A DNA stretch of 64,000 nucleotides, taken from positions 37,138,001 to 37,202,000 of the forward strand of contig NC_045138.2 in NCBI RefSeq assembly GCF_008831285.2, written 5' to 3'. Below are positions 45,055 through 58,688 of the stretch, one piece after another; the stretch's first letter is position 1; the number at the start of each line of letters is the position of its first letter. The position numbers were made by a program, and so were the translations under genes. A model generated the notes under the pieces. That model did not search any database and was not told the DNA's origin. It was given only the letters and a program-made list of their open reading frames with translations. Origin of the DNA: Nymphaea colorata. Lineage: Eukaryota.

Positions 45055-48000
45055 CTTCTTCCTCTCCTGATCCACCTGAACATGCCTTCTCGTGCCACTA
45101 TCCAGCCCCCTCCCTCCCCAACAAGGGAAACTTGTTAACCAAACCAATAGAGAGAGAGAGGCAAAGAGCAAACGATCTTTCAACTATAAGAGAGGCCGGA
45201 GAGAGATAGAGAGAGGGGGTTCTCTTGAAATTCAAGATAAGACAAAGATGAGCAAGGAAGAAGGGTCGTATAGATTTTGGTCTTCCTCAGGAATAAATTA
45301 GTAGGTTACTTGATTCTTAAGTCACCTCTACCAATAAAAGAATTGACGTCTAGGCGAGTCGGTCATGTGAAAAGGATACGAGGCGAGGGAACAGGGATTG
45401 AGGGCTGATGCTTGAGTGAGCATGGGGCAACTGTGGCAGCAGACGTTTCACCTTTGCTAGGAAGGCGATGGAGGTAGGAGAGCCCTGAAGAAAAGGAAGG
45501 GAAGAGAAGGGAGTTAAGAGGTCACACCTTTGTGTGGGCTTGAGTGGCTTACAAGAAAAGTCTCTCTCCTGTCTGACCGTCATCCTCAACCGCCACTTCT
45601 TCTTAGTTTTACACAGTCTTAATTACAATTACAAATGCTGTGAAGAGGCATCTGATTTCTTCATATCGTATATGACATCAGGTTCCTTGGATTTTAAGTT
45701 CCATTTAAGATCGGAACTACCCCTTGAGAAGCCAACCAGCCAACCCCTTCATTTTTGGAGGAGAAAGAAAAAAGAGATTTAACTTATGAACACATTTTCT
45801 CTGCAATTTTTTTAGATCATTGATTGTCTTTTAAGAATTGCTTAATTTTGCTTTCTGCCACTTTAAGTTAAACTTCATGACAAACTTGTATTCTAATTTT
45901 CAAATAATGTTTTTATAGGCAGTGCCTGAATTTCCAATCAAATTGATCAAGTGACTTATGATTGGTTTACACAATTTTCATACTTTACTCGGTGCATATT
46001 GTGTAAAGAATTTAAGATGTTTGCCACCTCTAAGGTGGAGATGGAATCTTTCATCCTTGTGAGCTTCAATAGACAATGGACTCTCCTTGGTGAGCACCAT
46101 CCATCCACAGGGATCGGGAGGGAACAAATTAGTGATATTGAAAATTTCAGGCAAGTTTTAGAAATCTACCTAAGTAGATGATTAAACCTGCTCTTATTCG
46201 GAACTGGTCTAAAATATAATCATTTATGTAATTCATAAGCACAAAAAAATTGTAGAACTAAGCCAATGATACCCAACTCGAAAGTCATTAAAATTAATGG
46301 AACCCAGTTCAAATTTGTTTGGTAACTGTAACATATTGTTATCGAACCCTCTCAAAAATTGTGGTAAATTCATAAAAATTATGGTAAATTCATGTATCAA
46401 CAGTGTTTCATAAATCTACCCATGTTTTTTGAGTTAGTTCTTGTGATCCTAACAATTTATTACGGTTGTCAAATGAGCCTAGGGTCTGAAATTATCATTT
46501 CCATTTGAACGTAAAACTGTCAACGTATTGATATGTGTTGGGAGCGTGTGAACCGTGTGCTAGTTAAAGATTCGCGTACATATGTGTTGAAAGCCTGTGA
46601 ACAGTATATTCTATGCTATTGTGATAGCTAGAATCAAACACGACTCGGGATATGGTACTCTATATATATATATATATGGCAGGTTTGGATTGGAGGGATA
46701 AATTTTGGTTAATTTATGTCATAAACTTGAAGAAGCGAGACCCGCTTATGAAGTGAAAGAGATGAAGATGGGATTGTAAATGAGAACTTTCTTGTTTGTC
46801 CTTTTCCTTTCTAATGAGTTAATTGTATTTTCTAATGAGTTAATTGTATAAGGAAATATTATTGGTCGCCCAAATCTTGGTATATGGCCTAGACTTTTTT
46901 CTTATATAGGGAACTGCATGTTTTCTTTGAAGCCATACTTGGTTTGGTAGAGACTTTGTCGATCGCTCGTGTTAAAGTTAACATTACTTTGATAACCTGA
47001 CTCACTCTCACACTAGGCTGAGGTTTATAAGTTACCGGATCCCTACCTGTCCCCTATCAATTTAGATTTTAATATCCATTTGACAAGCCCGGAATGGTAT
47101 GGAAAGTACGGGATGAACCGTCTATCCATAACCAAATGAATTCAATTTAAGTGCATTGAATCACTTTCAACTCATAAAAACACTTTGCTTTTATCAACCA
47201 TGAAAAAGAAAAATTGTCCCCAATAATGTATTTAAATAAAACAATCTTGGCAACATGCCATGGATCCAAGGCTAACTACAATTGAGTCGAGCTCTCTTTG
47301 GGGGGTGGTGACGTAGCCCAGTGTAAAAGGGCTGGGTCAGACCCCAGTTCAGTTTCCATAAGCTTGATGGCCGCACTTTTCGACCCAAGGACCCAACTGG
47401 CCTAGCGCCCCGGGCCATAATGGCACAGTTGCCGCCAATAATGGCAGGTCAACATACAACTGGGTGGACCATTTTCATGAAGTTTCGAAATTCAAGCCCA
47501 CAATTTGGATTCAAAGTGGCCATTTAAACGATTTCATTAATACTACTTTGCAGTTTTTTTTAATGGCATTTTACTTTCTTCTCAAGCTTCTTAAATAAAT
47601 CCTCTAGTTTTGGGATACGACAATGTTTGAAGTTCTTACAAGAGAAATTGGTATTGTATAAGTGGAAAGACCCTTAAGAAATCATCTTAATCGTTGATAT
47701 TTTTAGGATGAAAGACTGAGAGAAAATGAAGGAGAAAAAAATGTTAATTAATGCTAGATGACGTTATATGACTAAAATATCATATCTTTTTTTTTTTTTT
47801 TCTCTCATTCATTTTGTTTCAGTCTTCCATAAAAGGCATGTTCCCTGACCAATTAAAATTATGAATTTACTTAAAACGAGACTCAATCGGCTTTGGACGT
47901 TGGAGGTCAATTGTAAATATACACTAAAAAAATTAAAAGACTAGTTCATTTTGGGCTTAGGCGTTTCTTTTCAATAAACATAATTTAGATGCACTTCCCA

Positions 48001-51000
48001 GTTTCCAACTTGGAGATCATGAACATAGAATACACATGCTTTGAATGAACAAATAGATTAATTTATAAAGACATTAAAAATTATTAGTCCAGTCGTGTTG
48101 GGCGAATAAGATTGTTTACTAAATCTAAACTTTTTTGGACATGAAATCATCTTTGTAGTTAGGTTGTTTCTTATGTTTCTCTTTAAAGATAATCAATGCA
48201 TATTTTCAACATCTAATAAAACGAAGAATATTTAAAATTCCCCTTGCATATCGGCTAGAATCATTTTGGTTTTACCGATGTGTGGCAGCTGATACGAATC
48301 AATGTTGACAACTTCTTTTCCTAATCAATTATATTGACTACCTGAAGAAACCCATATGCTTCAGCTTCAATAAGATTCTAAGCTGTCATGATCAAAACGA
48401 AAGAATCATCATGGAAGGCAGATCAAAACGAAAGAATCCTGAGACCTGGAAAAGTTTCATGGCGTCCACGTCCCATCAAACAAAAAATTTGGGTCCTCTA
48501 CAGGTGTCGGTGGTTGATAGGCGGCCAGTCGTAGGTTTCGATGAAATACAGAATATAAATGGATAACAATTATTTATTATCTAAATTATGAATCTTCGTA
48601 ATTAACTGGGCAAATAAAGGCGATGTATGACATGAATAGAAAAAAAGGGGGATCTTAAGAAAAATTGGGAATCTCCCCCCCTTTTTTACAATTCGAAAGT
48701 GTAATACCTAATATAATAAATATTAATATTGTACATATATATCTGTTCCTACTCTATATCATACATATAGATTGTTATAACAATCATTTCCTCAAGTGGG
48801 TATCTTGAACTACCCATGAATTATTTATTGGAATAAGATTCATGGGCTTAATTTTGAATTGATTGAAATTAAAAAAGAAAAAGCTACTCTTTGAACTTTG
48901 AAATTCAAACAAAGCATTATTTTCTTATTTGTACTCAATGATGATCTTCCATGGATCCACCTATATAAGCCGCTGCTAAGGTTGCAAAAGCCATTGGTGG
49001 TTTTCTAATCCAAGTAAAATGAGAAAAAAAAAGTGCCATTCAGAAAATGTTAAATAGAAAACCATGAGATGGAAAAATTGCTGAAAACTGCTACAAAAGC
49101 AACATATCTTGTATTATATTAAGAATAGATGAAATTATACATGAAACTATCATTATTCCTTCAGTTACCTTCATGGTTAGCAAAGTTAAGCACAAAACTG
49201 CAGAAGTTTTCTTGTTTTTTTTTTTTCTCTTTTTCTCTTCTTAAGATCAAGTAAACCTGACTGCCAAGTATCTAGGGATCCACTCAGTTCAAACTTCAAA
49301 CATCACAACTTTTACTCGCTATAGTCAATCATCAAGCCAATTAATCTTTGCGTGATCAAGATTACAATGTTCATATTTAATCGAGGGTCTTCAACTAATC
49401 GGCATTTTTCCTTGTTACCAACTGCTGAATCACTACTTCGAATCTATGCACCGTTTGACAGTTATCTCATGTCCAGTTCACAGGATCTACAGGTTCTTTT
49501 GGCCGCAAGAACGAGTTATTATTGTACCATGATATTGAAGCATACTTATATGACAATAACAACGTGTTACTATTGCCAAACGGTTATCCTAACACTTTAG
49601 CGATCGGGAACATACATATTAGGTGTCAGTCAAAGGGCTTTCACCTTAGAGTTTTACATTGCCAAGCGAAAGGCACGGCTAGATTTGTTAATCCAGCATC
49701 AATTATCGAGATCCGAAGACCTTAAGTATATGTATATCCAGAATGAAATGTGGTTATTGTTGAGATAAAAATCCGATCAAACTTATTGTTGTTATGATTA
49801 TTATTATTACTCTTACGATGTGAGGTTTGAAATGAAGAGTTGTAGGCAGTTGGTCCAACTGGCAAGTTCAGTTCAATTCAAAGTTTATGGTGTACTGTTC
49901 TCACCACCAGGGGTCCCAGCACCGCCCTTGCAAATGGAGCAAGAATTCAAATTTCCGGTTTACCTAACAGATCTATCGGAATCAGTGGAAGAGCGTCTTC
50001 GTTTTCGTCCCTTATGAATCATAGGCTTAAAATTATTTATTTTTTTGTAATATAGATTATTGGGATCCACAGCTGTGCCACATGATTGTGCAGAGAAATG
50101 TTGTGAATAATAACGATTTCAGGATCGAATGTGAATCTTTCAACAGTATGGAATGGCACATGTTGCAAGCACTCTACAAATTTCAAAAACCAGCCAACCG
50201 TTTTAACAATTTCTGTCGTCCTCTCTTAAGCTTTGGCTTTCACTCGGGCACTGGAACACACCTGCACTTCACCTCATTGAGTCAAGTCGGATGTTCCTAA
50301 TTAGAACTTGTTATTTGAACACTTGCTCACAAAATATTTACTAGTGCTTGAAGATTGCAAGTGAAATTTTTTTAGCGTAAGAGCAGTTATGTTATGAGAG
50401 CTTGGGTCCGGGTCAAGGGAACGCCGTTCCATGTACCTAGACTCGACCCGCTGATGAAAGAGAGGCAGAGACATTCTTCTCCTCCTACTGAGGAAAAGAA
50501 TGTCCCCATCTATCAAACATTGCCTTAAAAGTAAAAGCGAAGAAGAATACGCGCATGCGACGTTAACAAACAGAGGCATGCCGGATGATGCAGGCCTTCG
50601 TCATCTGCATGACGGATTGGTAGTTACCTCTAGCGAAATGCATGTGGAAAAAGGAGAATTTGAAAATAACTCGCCAGTAAAAGGCAAATTAAAAAGTTCA
50701 CCGGCCTACGTACGTAAAGATTCATCCGGAAGTTTTTTTTTTTTGTTATTTTTTTAGATTTAAGATTTCTTTAAATCTTGATATTATCTGCTAAGGTCAT
50801 AATTACGTAGTTTTAGGTTCAAATATTGAAATAAGCTTTGTCTTGTCTGTTTTATAAACAGATGAGGTTTACTATTTTGATGTGTTCCCGAAGATTAAGC
50901 ATATCAGTTCATTGTTTCTTAGTTTAATTCGAACTGTATTCGACTCCACCCTGCTTAGATAAGAAGTTTTAAACATATACAAGTGATTCAATTCAAGTTC

Positions 51001-52099
51001 GCCTCTTACTTTCAAGAAATTCACTCTTCAATCCTCACCTTACTTTGATTGACATATTGATATTTGTTCTTAACAATCACTCGCGACACAGAGTTAAGCA
51101 TAAATAACTGGTATCTTAAATTTTCATAAAAGAAAATGTGTACAAATAAAAAAATAGTTTCAGTTCAAAAATTTAATATGAGAGGCTACTTCAGAACTCT
51201 TAGATTAAGAACTGAGTTGGTCAATTCACAGTGACATAGGAATGCGATCATTGAGGTGCGCAAGAGATTAACAACACATCATTCGAAAATGAGGCATAAG
51301 AGCCTCCCATTCTCCTAAACACTAGGGTGCTAGGCTGCGACAATTGCAACAGTGCATCCTTCAACTTAGGTACCATTCTTCATTTTGTAAACTAAGTACT
51401 TGCTTTTTCAACCCAAGCTGCCCCAAGCTGCTTCATTAAGCTCCTTGAGACCGTATTGGAAATCAGGTAGTCAATGGCATAGAATCATGCATGAAAAATT
51501 TAAAATCTCAAATCAAAAATTTGTTAGCGTATTAGACATCAAGAAAGAGCTATTTATGCGTTAATAAATCATGTTTTTCCAATAAAAGTCACAGAAAATT
51601 ATAAAAAAAATTGTCTTAATGAATAATTCAGAAAACAAATGGAAAAATGTCGTGCAGCAATAGTGAGCGGCCGCCCCATCAAAAAAGCGAGAGAAAGAGA
51701 GGCGTGGAAGACCGTTTAAGCCGACGTAACGACCACCGACGGATGACGGCATCTGAGTGGCGGTGACGTGCCGCAACGGCAGCAGAAGGGCGTGAGCCAC
51801 ACGCCCACTCCTTCCATCCGCCGAGAAAAAACGGACCGTTGAAGCTAACAGGAAAAAGCAAAAGCACTCCTGTGCATAATAATAATAACAAGGGAAAATA
51901 TTAATGTACTTGACATAAAAGTAAAAAAGGTTAGGACTAAATAATTGATTTACTCGAAGATGGGAGTTCTATTCTGCCGGGTGACAGATGTTATGGGAAA
52001 CATTAAAAACTAAACTAAAGATTTGCCATTTAAAAAAGCAGCTGTCACAATAAGATTAGCGGTAGTTTATGACATAGCAATAGTTTACAGTGATTTAGT

Positions 52100-52478
52100 T
52101 AGGATCCATAATGGTAGTGTTTTAGTTAGGATTCATAATTGTTTTAATGATGAATTTTTAATTTTTAACCATTCAGCAACATTCACAACACGACATTACA
52201 TAATTTTTATAAGTCTGAGTATTGAATCAGCTTTGATACTACTGTAACAATCCTGCTTACTTCCATACTGCACTCAGACCATCGATCTAGGATCCATAAT
52301 GGTAGTGTTGTAGTTAGGATTCATAATTGTTTTAATGATGAATTTTTAATTTTTAACGATTCAGCAACATTCACAACATGACATTACATAATTTTTATAA
52401 GTCTGAGTATTGAATCGGCTTTGATACTACTGTAACAATCCTGCTTACTTTCATACTGCACTCAAACCATCGATCTAG
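52100..52478. repeat. 188-bp tandem duplication
   Basis: taggatccataatggtagtgtt...accatcgatctag starts at 52100 and again at 52288; few substitutions; TAG microhomology at the junction. Confidence 0.95.
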
Positions 52479-53295
52479 TGAATTCCAACCTTTCTTCCTA
52501 ATAGATTTGATTTCATATCTAAAAAAGTTATATTTAATGTGTGGCATGACCTACACACACATATAAAACATAATTTTATATAGTATAATAAGTTGGAGAA
52601 TGTACCTTTTTTTTTTTCTTCTTCATATTCCAAGAAGAAGAGAGCTCAAGCACTATTCTTTCATCTCTGGAATTTCATCCGTCAAATGCCATGAGATGGT
52701 TGATGGATAGTGGTTGATACTGTTCATACTTTTCTTCAAATAAATATTGAGCGCGGGTAAAATAAAATTCTTTTTCTTCATGTTCTTTTGAGAAAATCAA
52801 AATTTTTTCAGCCTCACGACATAAATGCGCTTACAGTTTAATTTTTAAAGCTCCTGGTAAAAGGCCTTGTAGAACATACTGGAAAATGTTAAAAGTAAAA
52901 AAAGAAAAAAAACAAGCGAGAAAATCCAACAAACTGCCTGGACAAGTCAAATAATTTGGCGTCTGTGAAAATGTATGAGGACAAAGGTCGGCAAAATTTC
53001 ACCGGCTCGTACAAACGCGGTGTCTTTTAAAATTAAATTGAAGAAAACATGGCCGGCTCCGGAAAGGACGACCTGATTATTTTTCTTTTGAAAAGATTTC
53101 ACGCGCCAGAAGGGTGAAAAAGCTTTGTTGAAAAGTAAATTCCAGCTTTTTCTAAGATCGGTGGAAGAACAGCATGTGAGTTCAAATGCCAACAACTTCT
53201 GAATTCAAAATTTCAAGAACAAATTCTTCTTTAACATATTCAAGACAATAACGGCGTACAAAATTAGTTTGAATTCAAAATTTCAAGAACAAACA

Positions 53296-53506
53296 GGTTG
53301 TGTTTGGATGACACCCAGAAAAAAAAAAACGATGTTATATATAAACCCGAGTCTGTGCTAAATTTATTTTTAAATTAGTTTTTGAAACATGATTGGGTGT
53401 CTGGTTGAGAAGATAAAACCAACATTTTCTGTGAATTTTTAGTAAACATGGTTTTGAAAATCTCATGGATTTTTACTAAACTCTGTTTCTATTGTCACCC
53501 AAACAT
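53296..53506. mobile_element. Degenerate Tourist-like MITE
   Basis: Inverted ends TGTTTGGATGACA ... TGTCACCCAAACA, ~210 bp; no clear TSD. Confidence 0.5.
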
Positions 53507-56500
53507 TTTTTTTTTTTAGTTAGAAATTTATATGGTGGGCTGCACACAGATGATCGTATATTATGTGCCATTTATTTGAATAAACCAATCTGAAAGTTAA
53601 TATGCTTGGACCAGTACAATCTAAACTAGCATGGATATAATACATTTATAAGCCGAAGAAAATCTATATTTGGTTTATAACATCCAAGACTGTCTTTTAA
53701 ATTTTCGTAAGTCTATAGATGGAGTTGTGGTCTCAAGATTCCATAGAAAAAAGACTTTTCATGTCATTTTTTTTTGTTTCACATGGGTCTCAGATCCATG
53801 ATGATCTTAGGATCTCAAATTCATGGATTTAAAATTGGATCCTCTTAATCCAACCTTTATGGTTTTTAACGTGTAACATGGATTTAAGATCCACACTACA
53901 GAGATCCTTAGTTTGAATCTTGGGAAATACATCTTTTATTGCACCCTCAAATCTAAATGCAACCTTACAATAATCAATAATCTGCTTTCATATAAAATCT
54001 CCAATATCATACAGTTCAAAAGTATAGCATATCATTCAACTAAAGTGTCACGTTATCACTATTTTCAGTTCGATTTAGTTGCAACAGGATTCAAAACCGT
54101 GACCCTTTTGATGTGAACGGCTTTGCCGCAAACATTTCTTGTGTCGTTTCATCAGTTTTCTTGCCAGAAATATTCTAAGCATATCATAAAAGGGTCGTTG
54201 GAAGATGGGCATTGAATTTGGATATGCTTTCATACATCCGTTGACAACATTGATAAAGATTCTTGTTCTTACCAGCTATAGTTTGTCATTCTTTCGTTTT
54301 CTTTTCTTCCAAAAGAATTCCATCCCATCAGTAAGATGTACTTTTTTTAAAAAAAAAAAATTTAAGCAAGAGACTTAGTCGGACTCCCGGCAGCCGGCGA
54401 ACACTTCCGGCGAGCCATTCCGGCGACAAGCGTGTGCACGAGCAGACGCGTCCTTTAACCTAACACCCATTTCCCACACACGTAAATCCAAGGCAAGCAT
54501 GCACGCACGCGTCACGCACATTCACATGGCCGAGTCAATGCTGTTGGTTCACCGCCCCACCAAGAAGAAGACCGTGCCCCAAAGTAATTACTTTATTGTT
54601 ATTTATATATATATATATATATGTGTGTGAGCGCGGCGCCTTATGTACGTCATGACGTTAGGCGGACGTGCTGTTGCCTTTGAAAAACTTTTTAGAATTT
54701 AGCAATAAGAATAACAACGACGGAAGTAATCCGTCTTTCCACCTGCTTAGGAGAAGAGCGGGTTCATTTTTTTTGAAAAAAAAAAGAAGTTTTTTCTTTT
54801 AAGGATTTTCACTCTCATCTTTTTTTTTTTTTAGCGGTCATTTTTTTTTCTACCATGAATGGTAATTTCATTATTTTGTTTTTGGAGCCTAACGAAAACT
54901 CAAAAGTCCCGTGTACGAGGCTTAATTCCTTAAAATCTAAGCTGTTCAAAGAAAATAAAAGATAAAGGTGTATTTTTTTTGTTATTACCAAATTTTCAAG
55001 TGTGTCTTTGAAATTTGTCCTGTTTTTTTATTTCCAATCTAGGACTAGGACCCCGCCTCCAATCTCACTCACAATTATTTAAGAGAAAAGATGAGGTCAG
55101 GGCTGATGTAGATTTTGACCCTTCTCCTTAAAGGGAGCTGCTCACCCTTTGACTACCGGCACCACCACCATCCATATCTTCGCCTTTTGGATAAGGCTGC
55201 AATGCGGGCCGTCCGATCCGAGAAAGATCGGACGGTCTTAATTCCCACCCTTCGATCCAACATTTTAATTTGTTTTAAAATTTTTCAGCGGCATTGCCTT
55301 TATCACTTCAAAGTTGGTGCACTCGCATATAATTGTTGCATTATTTGTAAATAATTGAGATTTAAGATTTTTACGTTGAAAGAGATCAAGAGTCGGAAGT
55401 AACTTGGAGTTTCTAAGTGGGGGAGCTAATGTAGATTTTAGAACTCCCTTCTATAGGATCCCTATCAATTCTTTATAGGCTTCACACATTTTTTGGTTTA
55501 GATCTCTGCCGGCAAGCCCGCATGCCATGAGTCCTTGCCGAAATTGAGGTGATTTGAGATCTTAGATTCATGAACAAGGATCCTACTGCTCCTCTTGTTT
55601 GGAAGATGCATGAATTAGGAGAAAGAATCTTCGTCTCCTTGAGTCTGTAATTTATGGATCTAAAGTAGGGCCTTCCTCTCTCTTTTCTTTCTTTCTTTCT
55701 TTCTCTCTTTTCTTTCTTTCTTTCTTTCTTTCTTTCTTTCATGTGAGCAGGAGGATTACAACTTGTCACATAGAAAAGAGAACAAAAAATTACCACCAGC
55801 TTGATCAGTTATGCTACGTTCCTTGAGACATTTTTTCTTTCTTTCTACTCTTCTTGATTAGATAGATGAAAGAGATTTTAGATCTACTTAAAAAAAATCT
55901 CTGGGTTTGATAAAATTGTATATTTGATGTGCACCTGTCATTCTACTTAGATCTAAAAAATTAATCAAGTTAAAGAGCCTCAGCAAGAGGCGGAGGCGGA
56001 TGCAGCCAACCTACATAGACCTATGAAAAATTTGATTATTTTTATACTAATACTTCAAAGTAATTTTTCTTATTTATATATTCATGCCCTTTTAAAATTT
56101 TATGTTCTATATTTTATAATTAATGTCCCTTATGTAGAATTTTCTGTCTCCACCCCTTGCTTCACCGAATGGCAAGTAATCAACAAGCTGCGACTAATAA
56201 ATCTGAGTGGGTTCTACCAAGTTTGTGTTTCAGTAAAAACTTGATGTTAAAATCATTCAGTAGAAATTTGATGTTAAAATTACGTCTCGAAGTTCAATAC
56301 AGACTGGACGCGTGGTTCTTATATTTCTATACCAAACACTAGAGCAGGCTGATCTCCATTACAGTTCATTCAAGACATCTTATGTCGGCCGGCTATTTGC
56401 TGCTGAGAGGATGATTTCTTCAACCTCTTATAATGATCTACAGACTGTTCACCAAACAGTCTTGCCGGTCGGAGGCGCCAGGGTCAGTAAGCACAGGACT

Positions 56501-57779
56501 ACGGCCCCATCAATGCCATGGTACATTAATGTGGTACCTGATGGTCCTAAGCCCTTCCTGTTCGCAACTGTTGATGCCTGTCTTTCTTTGAAGATAGAAT
56601 CCAATGCACGAGCTTACATTACTCCCTCCATTAATAACCTTGAAGTAAGGATGTAAATGGGTTTTGACTATGGTCATCAGTTAAACTCATTAAAATCATA
56701 TCCTGACCCACCAACCATCGAAATCTGAAAAACTATTTGTAAATCATTTGCAACCTGGCCTAACCACCACCACAAACGGGGCTGCCAAGGCCCTAGATAT
56801 TGGTGGGATGGTGGGGTAAACACAAGGGTGCATGTTCAATTCCGCCAGTCAAACTAGGTATGCATGGGGGCGTTTGGTAAAGTGTTTCTTGAATCTGTTT
56901 AAAAGATTGGGATAGATATACGAACACTGTGAATTTGTCTCAGAAGATTCATACAACACTCACATTGTGTTGAAACTGATAAGCGAGCTCATAATGCATG
57001 TTTAGCAAATGAAACAATATAAACTCTTTTATGAATCTGAAGTAGATTCATAAAACATTTTTTTTCAACCTTTGAATCATATTCATAAAATAGTTATAAA
57101 ATAGTTACATAGATGGGTTGATTTGGATATCGAGACAAAAATGATATTTTATTTTAATGACGGATGACGTTTTATCAAAATTGAGTTTTTTTTCACAAGT
57201 CCAATTTTAAACATAACCCAAAACTCTCCTTAAAAACCATTTCCAAGGCACAAAATGAGGCATTAATCTCATGAACTTAAGCTTGGTAATTCAAGAGCCC
57301 CAAATAGATGGGATTCAATCGACAAACTCAACAAGCATAGCACTCAAAATATGGGAAAACTTCATAGATAAAGAGAACAAAAAAAGAAAAGACGGGTTGA
57401 AGTGCACTATTGTATTTGTAAGAAATTTCAAAAAGATTTATAAACAAATAAAGTTGTCAAGTATCTATACTTTTTGGTGGTGGTGAAACTGAAATTGCAA
57501 AAAAAAAAAAAGTGTGGGTTGGATGGAATCCATGGAAAAAAAGAAAAAGGAAAAAGGTTGAGTCCAAGATAGATATACAGCCCACTGCATGGCAGCTCAC
57601 GGAAAGCAGATAGATGTCAGCAAAAGGACAGAGGAGAGGGCGATATTCAATTTGGGATGATGGAGTTGTTTGCGTCATCCTCGCGAAGCCAGGGCAATGG
57701 CTGTGAACCAACCTTTTACCTCCCTCCATGGGGCCCCATGCCTGCGTGCATGTGTGTGGGCGCCAGCACCCCCTCCCCA

Positions 57780-58084
57780 CGTCACCTCCTGTCCCCTTCT
57801 TTATTAATCTTAACATGGGTAGACGTCCAGATGGAAGGATAGATCTTCAGTGGAGAGGACGACCCGTTCTAGGGAGAGAGAAACCTGTAAGCAGAGAGAG
57901 CCGTCTACGTCACTACGAGACAATACGTTGAGGAAGATGATGCAAAACATGCATCAGTAATACGTAACATGACGCGTGAGGAGGGGGAGATGCGTAACTA
58001 CCCCATGACGTCTCCTGCAGAAGAAGGAAGAAGATCGAGCGGCTCCCCGATATTACCACGCTCCTCCCCACCCCCCATATAAAT
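57780..58084 (+). promoter_or_regulatory. Glutaredoxin promoter: TGACG/CGTCA (TGA-factor) motifs and TATA box
   Basis: CGTCA at 57780 and 57908; TGACG at 57970 and 58006; TACGTAA ~57961; TATAAAT 58078-58084. Confidence 0.7.
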
Positions 58085-58199
58085 GCCTCCAACCCCCCCT
58101 CCCTTTGATTCTACGCCTCATCGATCCCCACCCTTTCTCTCCTGGATTTCTTCCTTTATTCACTCTCTGATCACCGTCGCCGGCGCTGCTGCTACCGCT

Positions 58200-58237
58200 A
58201 CCACCACCACCACCACCACCACCACCACCACCACCAC
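58200..58237 (+). repeat. (ACC)n microsatellite in the glutaredoxin 5'UTR
   Basis: About 12 ACC units ending just before the ATG at 58239. Confidence 0.95.
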
Positions 58238-58238
58238 A

Positions 58239-58688
58239 ATGCAAAACCAGATTGGCCTTAGGCCGGTTCCTCTGGCGACGGAGCCAGCCCTCTCCGCGAA
58301 GTTCCATCCGTTGCCGGACAATTCCATCGGCAAAGTGCGTTCGTTGCTTATAGAGAACCCGACATTGGGGAACTCCCCCGGGAAGGTCCGGAAACTGATA
58401 TCGGAGAACACGGTGCTGGTGCTCGGCCGGAGGGCCTGCTGCATGTGCCATGTGGTGAAGAGGCTGCTGCTCAGCCTCGGCGTCAATCCGTCGGTGTACG
58501 ACCTGCCTGAGGAGGAGGAACAGCAGGTCGAGGACGAGCTGAGGTCCGCGTTCGGAGATCTGAAGGGCGGGCTCCCCCTCGTGTTCATCGGCGGCCGGCT
58601 GCTGGGCGGCCTGGACAGTCTGATGGCTGCCCACATCTCCGGCGAGCTCGTCCCAATTCTCAAGCAAGCTGGTGCCCTTTGGCTCTAA
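58239..58688 (+). CDS. GRXC9: CC-type glutaredoxin (ROXY / GRXC9-like), 149 aa, intronless
   Basis: SENTVLVLGRRACCMCHVVKRLLLSLGVNPSVY, LPLVFIGGRLLGGLDSLMAAHISGELVPILKQAGALWL: CCMC active site and C-terminal ALWL. Start placed at 58239 because the upstream ATG at 58083 lies inside the TATA box. Confidence 0.95.
   Translation: MQNQIGLRPVPLATEPALSAKFHPLPDNSIGKVRSLLIENPTLGNSPGKVRKLISENTVLVLGRRACCMCHVVKRLLLSLGVNPSVYDLPEEEEQQVEDELRSAFGDLKGGLPLVFIGGRLLGGLDSLMAAHISGELVPILKQAGALWL

Noticed and set aside
55209..55235. Hairpin CCGTCCGATC-N7-GATCGGACGG
   Set aside because: Common internal palindrome of plant MITEs; no evidence for a terminator or ncRNA role.
58083..58238. 52-aa N-terminal extension (poly-Thr) on the glutaredoxin in the ORF track
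   Set aside because: The ATG is inside the TATAAAT box and so upstream of the likely TSS; poly-Thr is just the (ACC)n UTR repeat.
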